A DNA stretch of 64,000 bases from Minisyncoccia bacterium (GCA_046598345.1 JBKJIT010000003.1:273258-337257), one strand, 5' to 3'; positions 9,520-20,038 are shown, counted from the stretch's first letter. The notes: generated by a model from the sequence alone, not told the origin. Numbers and translations are program-made.

Positions 9520-9996
9520 TCAGTATTCGTAGTGCTCCTTTTTTTGAAGTGGCTCAAATTCATACCACTTTAGTTTTTGCTCGTTCTCGTTGTTATGGCT
9601 GAGAGGGCTAAGTGTTTTCCATGCTCCCGAAAAGTGATCGTCCATGCCTCGTGGAAGGTAACTTCCACTTATGGAAAAAACAAATTGAGGCGTTATAGGA
9701 ATGCCGTTTCCGCCGCCTTCGTATTCTTGATAGAAGCTAAGGCCGAAATTGAATCCGTACTCAGTAGTTTCGGGCTTCACTACAAAGAGCGGAGCGATTC
9801 GTACTAGCCTCTCCAGTTCCTCCGGGGTTAGTTTTCGCTTCTGGACGGGGACACCCACTAAGATAGTCCGTCCACCCATGTTCGGAGTCATCTCGCCTTG
9901 CTCCATGCGCCGGAGCTCGTCTTTCAGTGACTTGAGCCATACAACTTCTTCTGCAACATCAGGTTTGTTCGTAATATCGTTCATTCTCGTCTCCAT
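9520..9996 (-). CDS. Hypothetical protein (158 aa)
   Basis: Clean ORF between valS and tsaD with its own terminator; no recognisable motifs. Confidence 0.45.
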   Translation of the reverse strand: METRMNDITNKPDVAEEVVWLKSLKDELRRMEQGEMTPNMGGRTILVGVPVQKRKLTPEELERLVRIAPLFVVKPETTEYGFNFGLSFYQEYEGGGNGIPITPQFVFSISGSYLPRGMDDHFSGAWKTLSPLSHNNENEQKLKWYEFEPLQKKEHYEY

Positions 9997-10036
9997 GTGA
10001 ACAACTAAAATTACAGTATCAAATCACCAATATATT

Positions 10037-11206
10037 TCAAGGATTAATGGCGAGGGGTAGATTTCCATCTGCTTTGATTGAAATTGTTGTTTCAGGCGAA
10101 AGCGCACTTTTCATGCGTGCGTGTCCTGCAAGCGCAATCATAATGCTGTTATCGGTTGAGAGCTTTCGGTCAGGGATAAAAAGCGTAAGTCCCGGGATCT
10201 GTGTGCAGGCGTCGGTAAACTGTTCACGAAGGTACGTGTTCGCGGATACACCACCACCGATAATGAGGGTTTCTCCGCCAAATTCCTGAATCGCAGCAAG
10301 TGATTTTTTAAGAAGTACTTCAACAACCGCATTCTCAAATTCTCCTGCAAGCGCAGCCCGTTGGTCGCTCGTAAGTATCTGTTGCCCGATTGCGTAACGC
10401 ACAGAGGTCTTAATTCCTGAGAATGAGAAATCATAGTCTTTTGAATCAATCATAGGACGAGGGAGTACCTTGATTGATTTGAGATTGTTCGTACGCGCAT
10501 GCGCGGCAAGCTTTCCCACCTCAGGACCGCCAGGATAGGGAAGGCCGAGCATGCGCGCCACCTTATCGAATGCCTCACCGACCGCGTCATCGCGGGTTGC
10601 CCCCAGAAGCTCGTATGTTGCCCAGTCGTTCATGCGTACGAGTTCAGTGTGTCCCCCTGAAACGAGAAGTGCGATAGCAGGAAATACGATGCTTGGGAGT
10701 TTTACTCCATCAAAAATAGAGGAGAGGACGTGTCCTTCCATATGGTTAACGGGCACGAGTGGAATATTCCATATATACGAGAGTGCTCGGGCAAAGTTAA
10801 TGCCAACCCATAAGGCAGGTTCGAGTCCCGGACCGCTCGTGACGGCAATGAGATCAATGGCTGGCTTCCCATGAGTAGAAAGAAACGAGAGCAATTGTTC
10901 TCCAAGTCCAGGCTCACGTGTGAGGATTTCCGTGAGTGCTACACGACCTTTTTCTTCAAGCGAGACAGCTTCATTCGTAAGAAGGTTTGCCTCAGTGAGC
11001 GCCTTCTCGAGCATTGGAACCAAGGTTCGTGCGTGTTCACGTTTCGCGACCTGTGGAAAGACACCCCCATACTCTTTATGGATATCAATCTGTGAGAAAA
11101 GCGCATTTCCGAGAATTTCGTATGTTGCAGTAGGGAAATCACCGTTTGCCCGAATAAGGCTCACAGCAGTTTCGTCGCATGAAGTTTCAATGCTGAGGAT
11201 AATCAT
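10037..11206 (-). CDS. tsaD: tRNA N6-adenosine threonylcarbamoyltransferase TsaD (Kae1/Gcp family) with an internal insertion
   Basis: N-terminal ILSIETSCDETAV, HMEGH metal-binding motif, SGGV...GG C-terminal motifs; start placed at second Met (MIILSIETS). Confidence 0.85.
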   Translation of the reverse strand: MIILSIETSCDETAVSLIRANGDFPTATYEILGNALFSQIDIHKEYGGVFPQVAKREHARTLVPMLEKALTEANLLTNEAVSLEEKGRVALTEILTREPGLGEQLLSFLSTHGKPAIDLIAVTSGPGLEPALWVGINFARALSYIWNIPLVPVNHMEGHVLSSIFDGVKLPSIVFPAIALLVSGGHTELVRMNDWATYELLGATRDDAVGEAFDKVARMLGLPYPGGPEVGKLAAHARTNNLKSIKVLPRPMIDSKDYDFSFSGIKTSVRYAIGQQILTSDQRAALAGEFENAVVEVLLKKSLAAIQEFGGETLIIGGGVSANTYLREQFTDACTQIPGLTLFIPDRKLSTDNSIMIALAGHARMKSALSPETTISIKADGNLPLAINP

Positions 11207-11341
11207 GTCGGATACTCTACAGTACAAATAAGCCTTTCACCACTTTGATACTGTAAGACGTGGAGGGCTATACCGTATGGTACAAAAGAACAAAGCCGCT
11301 GTGCGCTATACTAGAAAGATAACAACCCGACTCACTCCGGT

Positions 11342-12490
11342 ATGAAATACACGATCTTTGGCCTTGCTGCATTTCTCACTTCTTTTGGTATTACGTTTTT
11401 TTCGACTCAGCTTTTACTCGAGCCCGTTAATGTGACGCTTGCAAACGAGATGCCCGAACCAGAGGTAGAAGGAGAGAGTGTTATTCAGTCAGTACCAGAA
11501 ATCGTACCGGTGCCTGAACCAGCACTTCCACTTCCACCTCCGCCTGAACTTCGTGACGCTCTATGGACTCTTGCGACCAGTTCTGCCTCGTGGGAGGCAC
11601 GTGATTCCGCAGCGAGTGTCGTCTTTAAAGATCGCATGTGGATCATGGGAGGACTGAATGGAAATGGTGTGCCCGGCGAAGCTGAGCACACACCCGACTA
11701 CATGGAAGCCAAATATTTTAATGACATCTGGTCATCGACTGATGGGGCAGTGTGGAAGCGTGAGTCGGCGCATGCTGCGTGGAAACCAAAACGTTCAATG
11801 ACGATTGTTCCGTTCAATAACTCTTTATGGATGTACGCGGGATGGAGCCCTGAAGATGGATATGAAAAGGGAGTATGGAAATCAGAAGATGGTATTGCCT
11901 GGAAGCGTGTAGTTCTCACGGTCCCGTGGTCGTCGCGAGAAGGGCAATCTATTGAGGTGTTTAAGGGAAAGATTTGGCTCATGGGAGGAGTAAATTATGA
12001 TACTCGCGAAGTTCTCCATGACGTGTGGTACTCGGATGACGGAATTACGTGGATCGAAGCTCCTCCTGCTCCGTGGTCAGGAAGATGGGATCATGCGACT
12101 GCAGTCTTCAATGATCGACTGTATCTGACGGGAGGTATGAACTTACGTAAAGGAACGTTTGGTGATGTGTGGTACACGGACGATGGAATTACTTGGCAGA
12201 GTGCGACTCAAACACCATGGGCAAGCAGGCAAGGACACTCCCTGATTATCTTCTCTGATGCACTTTGGCTTATTGGTCGACTGAATGACACCGAAGGAAG
12301 GGGGGAGAACGACGTGTGGTTTACGAAAGATGGGGTGAAATGGGAAAAAACAGAGAAGAATCCTGAATGGGCGGGCCGGGAGGACCACAGCGCACTTCTC
12401 TTTAATAACGCGGTGTACCTCATGGGAGGGATGGATTCAGATTGGAAATGGAGGAATGATGTGTGGAGGATGGGGGTGAGGACTAACTAG
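11342..12490 (+). CDS. Secreted Kelch/beta-propeller repeat protein
   Basis: Signal peptide; Pro-rich linker; six or more repeats of the DG(I/V)(T/A)W...W...GG Kelch-like pattern. Confidence 0.55.
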   Translation: MKYTIFGLAAFLTSFGITFFSTQLLLEPVNVTLANEMPEPEVEGESVIQSVPEIVPVPEPALPLPPPPELRDALWTLATSSASWEARDSAASVVFKDRMWIMGGLNGNGVPGEAEHTPDYMEAKYFNDIWSSTDGAVWKRESAHAAWKPKRSMTIVPFNNSLWMYAGWSPEDGYEKGVWKSEDGIAWKRVVLTVPWSSREGQSIEVFKGKIWLMGGVNYDTREVLHDVWYSDDGITWIEAPPAPWSGRWDHATAVFNDRLYLTGGMNLRKGTFGDVWYTDDGITWQSATQTPWASRQGHSLIIFSDALWLIGRLNDTEGRGENDVWFTKDGVKWEKTEKNPEWAGREDHSALLFNNAVYLMGGMDSDWKWRNDVWRMGVRTN

Positions 12491-12689
12491 TGTTTTTAGT
12501 TCTCGCTCTTGGCTTGAGAAAGCACTTTTTAATAAGAGTATCCTTTGATTTATTTCAAATACTTTCATGGACTTGGCGTCCAACTCTAGTTCGCTGACGC
12601 TCACAAGAGTTACCTGCCCGCGGTTTCTGCCTCGTGGCATTGTGAATAGCCACTCAGATCGAAACCGTTCAAGTCCTGGGCGACTGTTT

Positions 12690-12728
12690 AAAAGAAAGAC
12701 CAGGTAAAAAACCTGGTCTTTCTTTTAA
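12690..12728. terminator. Bidirectional hairpin terminator downstream of tRNA-Val
   Basis: aaaagaaagaccaggt-aaaaa-acctggtctttctttt 16-bp stem flanked by A/T runs. Confidence 0.55.
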
Positions 12729-12731
12729 AAG

Positions 12732-12804
12732 TGCGCGATACAGGACTTGAACCTGTGACCCCCACAATGTCAATGTGATGCTCTACCAGCTGAGCTAACC
12801 GCGC
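12732..12804 (-). tRNA. tRNA-Val (anticodon GAC)
   Basis: Reverse complement folds: acceptor GCGCGGT/ATCGCGC, D-arm GCTC..GAGC, anticodon loop TTGACAT, T-arm ACAGG-TTCAAGT-CCTGT. Confidence 0.85.
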
Positions 12805-12930
12805 GAAAATGCCACCAATGTTATTTGTCTGCAGGGTATCTATACGGATGGACCTCCACCAGCACGAACTAACTGTGCGTGGCCATAAGTATACGGGTTA
12901 AGACTCTGAAAACAAGGCATTTTTTGATAA

Positions 12931-12959
12931 TTGACTACTATGACTATATATGTTATAAT
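12931..12959 (+). promoter_or_regulatory. Sigma70-like promoter (TTGACT, 17 nt, TATAAT) upstream of the dksA/traR-like gene
   Basis: TTGACT 12931-12936, 17-nt spacer, TATAAT 12954-12959 in an AT-rich leader. Confidence 0.4.
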
Positions 12960-12991
12960 TACAATCTGTTCATTAACGTGATGGGTACGAG

Positions 12992-13258
12992 ATGTTAAGT
13001 CAAACCTTCATAAAGAAACGCCGGAAGCAACTCCTTTGGCGGAGGGTTAGCAAGATTCAGATCATGAAGGCAGGCGGTGAGCAGGCTTTGTCACATTCGC
13101 CCGCCGACATAACCCGCATAGAGTTTGCTTTGCGGCGGATTGACGAGAATAAGTACGGAAAATGTACGCGGTGTCGTGAATTGGTGGAAAAAGCTCGCTT
13201 AGAAATCATCCCTGAAACGCCGTTTTGCACACCCTGTGCGACCGAGGTGTCGCTATAG
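12992..13258 (+). CDS. DksA/TraR-family C4 zinc-finger protein
   Basis: 88 aa, C-terminal CxxC...(17)...CxxC (CTRCRELV...CTPCA), basic N-terminal helix. Confidence 0.55.
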   Translation: MLSQTFIKKRRKQLLWRRVSKIQIMKAGGEQALSHSPADITRIEFALRRIDENKYGKCTRCRELVEKARLEIIPETPFCTPCATEVSL

Positions 13259-13273
13259 ACCATACACGATAAT

Positions 13274-13957
13274 TTAGTGTGTGGTCTTTTTATTTTGTGA
13301 AATATAATGTCGTACGATGAATGTCCTTTCATCCTGATCAAGACGCTCGGTTTCAGCATCAGTGAGAAATCGAGAAGGGAATCGATGTGCTGGAAATCTG
13401 AATGAAACCATCTCAAGATCGCTTAAAGCAATTCCACCGTCACCGATTAAAGATACCCTCGCTGTTGAGGGCTTGACCTTCCAAAGTTCACTCGTCTCAG
13501 CTAACGGGTGCCGATTATTTAAGTGACCCCCATTAAATGTGATAACTACTTTAATATTACCTCCTACATCTTTTCCAGAAAAACCCTCGCTCATGGCGGT
13601 CTTAAATCCTTCACCACCTGTCATAAGGCACATATTAGCTTCGTCGTGAGTATTAGTTAGAGCAATTGGTTTTTCTTCAGAAAGTAAATCAATTACCTTT
13701 GTAAACTGCTCACTTCTACAGAGAAGGGTATTGTCATAAAAAATTGTCGCGAGGTCGTTCTCAGAAGCTGCAGCAAACCCGTTTGCTTGAAGCACATCTA
13801 CTAAGTCCTCGAAGGCGTGAGAATTCTCCGCGTTCTCAATGCTAAGGTCTCTAAATTCTTTACCCAAAAGTGCAGATGGAGAAACAGGTGTATCTGAATG
13901 GGAAGAGGGTCGTTCAAATGGCATACCTTCATTATAGTAGGATGTGTTAGAAAACAA
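13274..13957 (-). CDS. Hypothetical protein (227 aa)
   Basis: Long ORF convergent with the dksA-like gene; no motifs recognised. Confidence 0.4.
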   Translation of the reverse strand: MFSNTSYYNEGMPFERPSSHSDTPVSPSALLGKEFRDLSIENAENSHAFEDLVDVLQANGFAAASENDLATIFYDNTLLCRSEQFTKVIDLLSEEKPIALTNTHDEANMCLMTGGEGFKTAMSEGFSGKDVGGNIKVVITFNGGHLNNRHPLAETSELWKVKPSTARVSLIGDGGIALSDLEMVSFRFPAHRFPSRFLTDAETERLDQDERTFIVRHYISQNKKTTH

Positions 13958-14050
13958 AAGATAGTATTTCTCTCTTACACATTTACTTTGAAAGAATTAC
14001 GCACCTAAGCCGTCTTCTAGAAAAGCACCCGTAAGGGTACACTCTAATCA

Positions 14051-15832
14051 ATGCCTAAAAAGATACCAAAAACCGCTAAAAAGGCGGCAGATACAACTGT
14101 TATCCCACAAACCGCTGTGGCGTTTATTCTGCATGTAACAAAAGCTTTTAAGTGGACAGCAATTTCAGCTATGCTTGTCGTCATTATTGCTTCTCTCATT
14201 TCTCAGGCAGGAAGTTACCTCTTTAAACTTATCATCGATGCATCAGAGGAAGGGGATGCGAAGAAGGTACTTTTTTTTGCACTTGCTTTTCCAGTTTTTA
14301 TTTTGGTTGACCAAATATTTTACAGAATCAGCGGTTTCCTTGGAGGTAATTGGACTACGCGTACTAAAAAATATGCCAATGATATTCTCATAGAATATCT
14401 CTTTAAGCATAGTCATCGATATTTCTCTGATCGATTTTCAGGCTCTCTCATGAGTAGAGTAGGTAACGTGGTAGGAGGCTTGGAAAGCTTTATACCTGAT
14501 TTATTGTGGACCCATACTACAGCCGTGGTCTCGTTTGTATTTACTGCAATCTTTATTTCAAAAGCTGACATTACATCGGGAATGATTTTTGTGGCACTTA
14601 CCATTGTGCTTATTACAATTAACAGATTGTTTGCTCCGAAAAAGAAGGAAATATCGTATAAAGCCTCAGAACTAGGAACAAAGCTTCGAGGAGTCATTAT
14701 CGATATTCTTTCAAACATCAGTGCAACGCGCCAATATGTGCGAATTGACGATGAGATTAAGCGCGTCAAAAATGCTTCTGAAGCGCATCGGGTGATGAGT
14801 CAAAAAAGCTGGTATTTCACCGAATATATGTTGGCAACAAATGTGCTCATTCTTTTTGTGTTTACCGTTGCCATCTTTTATTTCCTTGTAGAGCGATGGA
14901 AAGTTGGAGATATTGGTACTGGTGATTTTGTATTTCTCATTGCACTGTATTCTCAACTTACCGGAACGCTGTTGTTTATTGGGCGTGCGTTTAATAACAC
15001 CGCACGGTCATTTGGTGAAATTGATGAAGGGCTTTTAGAAATTTTACAGCCGTATGAAATTGTCGATCGGGGTACGCGAAAGCTTAAAGTTACAGGAGGT
15101 GAAGTTGCCTGGAGCAGTGTAGTGTTTGATTACGAAAAAATACGTGTGTTTGATGACTTTAATCTTACGATTAAACCAGGGGAACGTATCGGGCTCGTGG
15201 GTTCAAGTGGTGCAGGCAAAACAACGTTTGTGTCGCTCATGCTTCGTCAACATGAGCTGCTCTCAGGTTCGATCATGATCGATGGGCAAGACATAAATGA
15301 AGTAACACAGGATTCACTTCGCGAACACATTGCCATCGTCCCACAAGAACCCATGTTATTCCACCGTTCTATTAGAGAAAACATTGCGTATGGGAAACCA
15401 AACGCCACCGACAAAGAAATTACTGCTGTTGCTAAGAAAGCTCAGGCACATGATTTTATTAACCTTCTTCCACAAGGGTCTGACACTCTAGTCGGAGAGC
15501 GTGGCGTAAAGCTTTCAGGGGGACAGCGGCAGCGCGTTGCCATTGCAAGGGCCATGCTTAAAAATGCGCCTATTCTCATTCTCGACGAGGCAACGAGCGC
15601 CCTTGATAGCGAAAGTGAAGTCGCAATTCAGAAAGCGCTACATGAACTCATGGTGGGAAAAACGGTGGTTGCAATTGCGCATCGCCTTTCAACCCTCCGT
15701 GAAATGGATCGAATTATTGTGCTTGAAAAGGGGAAGATTGTTGAGGATGGAACGCATTATGCGCTCACAAAAGCCGGAGGCACATATGCAAGACTTTGGG
15801 AGCATCAAGCTGGGGGATTCTTGACGGAGTAG
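14051..15832 (+). CDS. ABC transporter, fused permease/ATP-binding protein (MsbA-like exporter)
   Basis: Six N-terminal TM helices; Walker A GSSGAGKTT, signature LSGGQRQR, Walker B ILILDEATSALD, H-loop. Confidence 0.85.
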   Translation: MPKKIPKTAKKAADTTVIPQTAVAFILHVTKAFKWTAISAMLVVIIASLISQAGSYLFKLIIDASEEGDAKKVLFFALAFPVFILVDQIFYRISGFLGGNWTTRTKKYANDILIEYLFKHSHRYFSDRFSGSLMSRVGNVVGGLESFIPDLLWTHTTAVVSFVFTAIFISKADITSGMIFVALTIVLITINRLFAPKKKEISYKASELGTKLRGVIIDILSNISATRQYVRIDDEIKRVKNASEAHRVMSQKSWYFTEYMLATNVLILFVFTVAIFYFLVERWKVGDIGTGDFVFLIALYSQLTGTLLFIGRAFNNTARSFGEIDEGLLEILQPYEIVDRGTRKLKVTGGEVAWSSVVFDYEKIRVFDDFNLTIKPGERIGLVGSSGAGKTTFVSLMLRQHELLSGSIMIDGQDINEVTQDSLREHIAIVPQEPMLFHRSIRENIAYGKPNATDKEITAVAKKAQAHDFINLLPQGSDTLVGERGVKLSGGQRQRVAIARAMLKNAPILILDEATSALDSESEVAIQKALHELMVGKTVVAIAHRLSTLREMDRIIVLEKGKIVEDGTHYALTKAGGTYARLWEHQAGGFLTE

Positions 15833-15850
15833 TGATGGGAAGTGATAAGA

Positions 15851-15883
15851 AAAAACAGCCGGCCCTTCGGGCCGGCTGTTTTT
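15851..15883 (+). terminator. Rho-independent terminator after the ABC transporter
   Basis: aaaaacagccggccc-ttcg-ggccggctgttttt followed by a T-run. Confidence 0.6.
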
Positions 15884-16069
15884 ATGCAATCAGCTCAGTT
15901 TTTGTGTACTACGCGTGCGTTCGCAAAGGTACACCACGACTAGAAGTTGGTTCCCTACGTACTGTTGCATCTACCAACTTCCTACTTTAGAATATGCGGT
16001 GCTTGCAAATAATCAAAAAATGTGCTATAATATGATAGGTAACGTTTTTTAACTCACGGGAGCCATAAC

Positions 16070-16519
16070 ATGATGAAACTATTGCTGGTCTGCTCTTTGA
16101 TTGGAGCAACTTCGATTGCTGTCTCGTATTTCTTCGGATGGCGTGCGAACATGAGGAAAGTAAGTACCACGTATTGGGTATTGGTCCTTATCGGTATGGT
16201 CATCATGGTTGGTCCCATGGTGCACTTGTTTGCTCAGCAGGAGCCGTCGTTCTCGCGAACGATGTTCGCGGTGATTGCCTTCGTTGTGGGCTCGCTCATT
16301 CTCTTGATCAGCCCACTCGTAAGCTCAGTTCATGGAATCGCACACGGCGAAACATTCGAGGGTCCGTATCAACACATGACCCCAGCAGAAAAACAAAAAT
16401 TCTGGGAAACATCGCGTACTGTGGTTCGCGCGGGCGCCGGATGGGTCGGCAGAAATGAACGAAGGAAAGGCAATCATGGAGTTGCTGATGCAGCAAAGTA
16501 CATCAAAAAATTACTTTAG
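16070..16519 (+). CDS. Hypothetical small membrane protein (149 aa)
   Basis: Three predicted TM helices, basic C-terminus. Confidence 0.4.
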   Translation: MMKLLLVCSLIGATSIAVSYFFGWRANMRKVSTTYWVLVLIGMVIMVGPMVHLFAQQEPSFSRTMFAVIAFVVGSLILLISPLVSSVHGIAHGETFEGPYQHMTPAEKQKFWETSRTVVRAGAGWVGRNERRKGNHGVADAAKYIKKLL

Positions 16520-16538
16520 AAAAACTGTTCTAATTTTC

Positions 16539-16563
16539 AAAGCCGAGCACCCGCTCGGCTTTT
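16539..16563 (+). terminator. Hairpin terminator
   Basis: aaagccgagc-acc-cgctcggcttt followed by T-run. Confidence 0.55.
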
Positions 16564-16755
16564 ACTTTGTAGATATTCTTCTTCCGCTTTCGCTACACAG
16601 GGTTACCTAATGACAACAGATGAGCGATTATCGAAGCCCTCAATCTTCGAAAACCGCAGTATAGGGAAACTGCTCGTTTTGGTCATTTTGGAAATGGTTT
16701 TGCGTGGGGCTAATCCATTCTTCATAAAACCTCCTAAAAATGCTAGGCTTTTCTT

Positions 16756-19515
16756 ATGGCACTTAACTGGCGCGACATCCAAGACAGGGCAATTACCTTT
16801 GTCCATAATTACAAAGATGCGAAAGATGAGGATCGTGACTCAAAGCCTTTTTGGAAGGACTTATTCGCACTCTATGGCATAGATCCTCGCACAATAGGCT
16901 CTTTCGAGGAACGGGTGCGTATGCATGGACATGTTGGTGTAGGAAAAATAGATTACTTTGCTCCCCGTAAATTTCTGATTGAACAAAAGTCTCGCGGTAA
17001 AAGTCTAGAGACGGCATATACCCAAGCAATGAATTATTTTGAAGCTCTCAAAGCTGAAGAAAAACCCCGATACATCGTCCTTTCTGATTTTGAATACATT
17101 CGGATATATGATCTAGAAGCTTCTGAAAAAAAGCGCAAGATTGAATTTCTAGTCAAAGATTTAGCAAAGCATGTTAAAAAACTCTCGTTTTTAGCAGATG
17201 ATGAAGTTATTGAATATGATACTGAACTAGCGATTGATGTAAAAGCAGTACGCTCTATCGGTAAACTGCATAAAGCTCTTAAACTTTCAAATTATCCCAC
17301 TGAAGATCTCTCATCACTCCTCACACGCCTTGTATTTTGTTTTTTTGCAGATGATACTGGAATTTTCAGTAAAAATATTTTACGTCAGTACATAGCAGAA
17401 AATACTAGAGAAGATGGTTCTGATATTGGGGCACACTTAGGAATGATTTTTGACGTACTGAACACCAAAGAAGAGGAACGACAAACGACAATGCACGATG
17501 CACTTCTCGGTTTGCCGTATGTAAATGGTGGATTGTTTGCCACCCCTGCTAAAGCGGTCTTTGGCGCACGTGATATTCGTGAAACGCTTTTTGAGTGTTT
17601 TGCTTTTGATTGGTCGGGAGTATCGCCAGCAATATTTGGCTCAATGTTTCAGTCGGTGATGGATGAAAAAGAGCGTCACGATCTCGGCGCACATTACACT
17701 TCGGAAAAAAACATTTTGAAAGTAATTCAGCCCCTGTTTCTCGACGCATTCAAAGAAGAATTTGAGAAAGCTAAGAACGCAGAAAAACTCCATACACTTT
17801 GGGACAAAATCTCCAAAGTTACATTACTCGACCCTGCGTGTGGATGTGGAAACTTCTTAGTGATTTCGTATCGTGAACTTCGTCGCCTTGAAATAGAAAT
17901 CATTAAAAAACTCGACAAAGGAAGAAAAGGTCATATTGGGCAAGTAGAAGGTGCGGGGCAAGCTCACCTAGGGCTTGAAATGGATTTGGCGCATCTCTCG
18001 AAGATGTCTGTGGAACGAATGTATGGCATTGAACTTGAAAGTTTCCCTGCGGAAGTGGCAAAACTTTCTCTCTGGCTCATGGATCACATGATGAATATGG
18101 AGCTTGGGAGTTACTACGGTAAACCACTTCGAAAACTTCCTCTTACAGAAGCGCCACATATTGTGAAAGGGAATGCCTTGAGACTCAATTGGGAAGAGAT
18201 AGTTCCAAAAGAAAAACTTACACATATTCTAGGGAATCCTCCATTCTTAGGGAAGCAAATGCAAACAAAAGAACAAAAAGATGACTTGTTATTGGTATTT
18301 ACTAAGACAAAGAAAGCAGCTGATCTCGATTACGTTGCAGGCTGGTATAGGAAAGCCGTTGACTATGTTATAGGCACAGCTATTTCATGTGCATTTGTTT
18401 CCACTAATTCTATTGTTCAAGGTGAGCAAGTGAGTATTTTATGGAAGCCACTGATAACAGAAGGAATAAAAATTCATTTTGCCCATCGCACTTTTAAATG
18501 GAACAATGAAGCCAGTGGAAAGGCTGCGGTTTTTTGTGTGATTATTGGCATTGGAACTTTTGAAACAAAAAATCCTCGTATTTTCGTTTATGATGATGTT
18601 CAAGGTGAACCTAAAGAATTACAAGCACACCACATCAATCCGTATCTTGTGGATGCTCCAGATGTAATAGTTGAAAATAGAAGGAATCCTTTGTCAGATG
18701 TTCCTTCTATGATGTATGGTTCAAAACCTGCAGATGGCGGTTTTTTACTTTTGACAAACGAAGAAAAGGAGAAAGCGGTATGTGAAGATTCAATTGCAAA
18801 GAAATATATCAAGCCTCTCTTGAGTGCAAGTGAGTATTTAAATGGTAAGAATCGTTGGTGCTTGTGGCTTGTTGGTGCTGAACCTGCTGACTTAAGAGAA
18901 TCATCATTTATAAAAGGTCGGGTAGAGGCGGTTCGAGAATTTCGCTCTAAGAGTATAAAAGAAGCAACAAGAAAACTTGCAGATACACCAACCCTTTTTG
19001 CAGAAATACGGCAACCTGGACAGAGCTTTGTCTTAGTCCCGAGGCATTCGTCAGAAAATAGAAACTATGTACCCTTTAGTTTTTTTGATGCCAGCATTAT
19101 TATAAGTGATTCTTGCTCGTCACTACCTGAAGCAACCATATATCATTTTGGTGTAATGCAATCAGTAATGCATATGACATGGATGCGCGCGGTTGCTGGG
19201 CGTCTTAAGAGTGACTATCGTTATTCAAATGAGCTTGTATACAATAACTTCCCATGGCCTGAGGAAGTGAGGGAGGAGAATAAAAAACGTGTCGAGGAGT
19301 CTGCGCAAGCCGTCCTTGATGTGCGTAAGGAGTTTCCAAATGCAACGCTTGCTGATCTGTACAATCCAAATACGATGCCAAAGAAGCTTCTCAATGCCCA
19401 CAAGACACTTGATCGGGCGGTTGACACCTGTTACGGCAAACAAAAATTTGCATCAGAACCCGAACGCCTCGAATTTCTCTTTGATCTGTATAAAAAATAC
19501 ATAAACAAGAAGTAG
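16756..19515 (+). CDS. Type IIL (MmeI-family) restriction-modification enzyme: fused endonuclease, N6-adenine methyltransferase and TRD
   Basis: 919 aa; N-terminus MALNWRDIQ... resembles MmeI as recalled; methyltransferase motif I LDPACGCGNFLV and motif IV GNPPFLG; low GC versus flanks. Confidence 0.7.
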   Translation: MALNWRDIQDRAITFVHNYKDAKDEDRDSKPFWKDLFALYGIDPRTIGSFEERVRMHGHVGVGKIDYFAPRKFLIEQKSRGKSLETAYTQAMNYFEALKAEEKPRYIVLSDFEYIRIYDLEASEKKRKIEFLVKDLAKHVKKLSFLADDEVIEYDTELAIDVKAVRSIGKLHKALKLSNYPTEDLSSLLTRLVFCFFADDTGIFSKNILRQYIAENTREDGSDIGAHLGMIFDVLNTKEEERQTTMHDALLGLPYVNGGLFATPAKAVFGARDIRETLFECFAFDWSGVSPAIFGSMFQSVMDEKERHDLGAHYTSEKNILKVIQPLFLDAFKEEFEKAKNAEKLHTLWDKISKVTLLDPACGCGNFLVISYRELRRLEIEIIKKLDKGRKGHIGQVEGAGQAHLGLEMDLAHLSKMSVERMYGIELESFPAEVAKLSLWLMDHMMNMELGSYYGKPLRKLPLTEAPHIVKGNALRLNWEEIVPKEKLTHILGNPPFLGKQMQTKEQKDDLLLVFTKTKKAADLDYVAGWYRKAVDYVIGTAISCAFVSTNSIVQGEQVSILWKPLITEGIKIHFAHRTFKWNNEASGKAAVFCVIIGIGTFETKNPRIFVYDDVQGEPKELQAHHINPYLVDAPDVIVENRRNPLSDVPSMMYGSKPADGGFLLLTNEEKEKAVCEDSIAKKYIKPLLSASEYLNGKNRWCLWLVGAEPADLRESSFIKGRVEAVREFRSKSIKEATRKLADTPTLFAEIRQPGQSFVLVPRHSSENRNYVPFSFFDASIIISDSCSSLPEATIYHFGVMQSVMHMTWMRAVAGRLKSDYRYSNELVYNNFPWPEEVREENKKRVEESAQAVLDVRKEFPNATLADLYNPNTMPKKLLNAHKTLDRAVDTCYGKQKFASEPERLEFLFDLYKKYINKK

Positions 19516-19516
19516 T

Positions 19517-20038
19517 ATGCTTTTTCCATGTTCATTATTAAGCGTGACTATAGAGAACTTGTCACACTTTGATGCAACAATTGCAGTAATTATTGGTTCA
19601 ATTGTTGCGATTAAAAATTTTAGATTTCAGTCAGTCCATACAAAGAGGCTGCAAGTTATTGAAGAGGCATATGAAAAAGTAAAATCTGCTAGCAGAAGTT
19701 TTAAAAGTCTTACGGATCCTTTTCAAGGTGCTGGCGATTTACCAAAAGCTGAAAAAATAAAAGAATTTGCAAATAAAGCAAATGAAATGGTTATTTTTTT
19801 AGATAATAAAAAATTATTTTTTGATTCAAAGGAACGTAACTTAGTTGATTTGATTTTGGCTAAATTCACAGAGACATGGCACCAATTTATAGAGAGAGAA
19901 ATAATTGATAAGGATCCCCAAATGGCAAGAGAAAAGATACGTGTATGGCAAAAGGTTTGGAATTCAGCTGACAAAGATATCCCGTTGTTAATTAGCTTAT
20001 TGGAGGAAGAATTTCAAAAAAAACTAGGGTTGAAATGA
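19517..20038 (+). CDS. Hypothetical protein (173 aa), start overlaps MmeI-like stop (TAGTATG)
   Basis: AT-rich ORF, N-terminal hydrophobic segment, helical and charged remainder; no known motifs. Confidence 0.4.
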   Translation: MLFPCSLLSVTIENLSHFDATIAVIIGSIVAIKNFRFQSVHTKRLQVIEEAYEKVKSASRSFKSLTDPFQGAGDLPKAEKIKEFANKANEMVIFLDNKKLFFDSKERNLVDLILAKFTETWHQFIEREIIDKDPQMAREKIRVWQKVWNSADKDIPLLISLLEEEFQKKLGLK

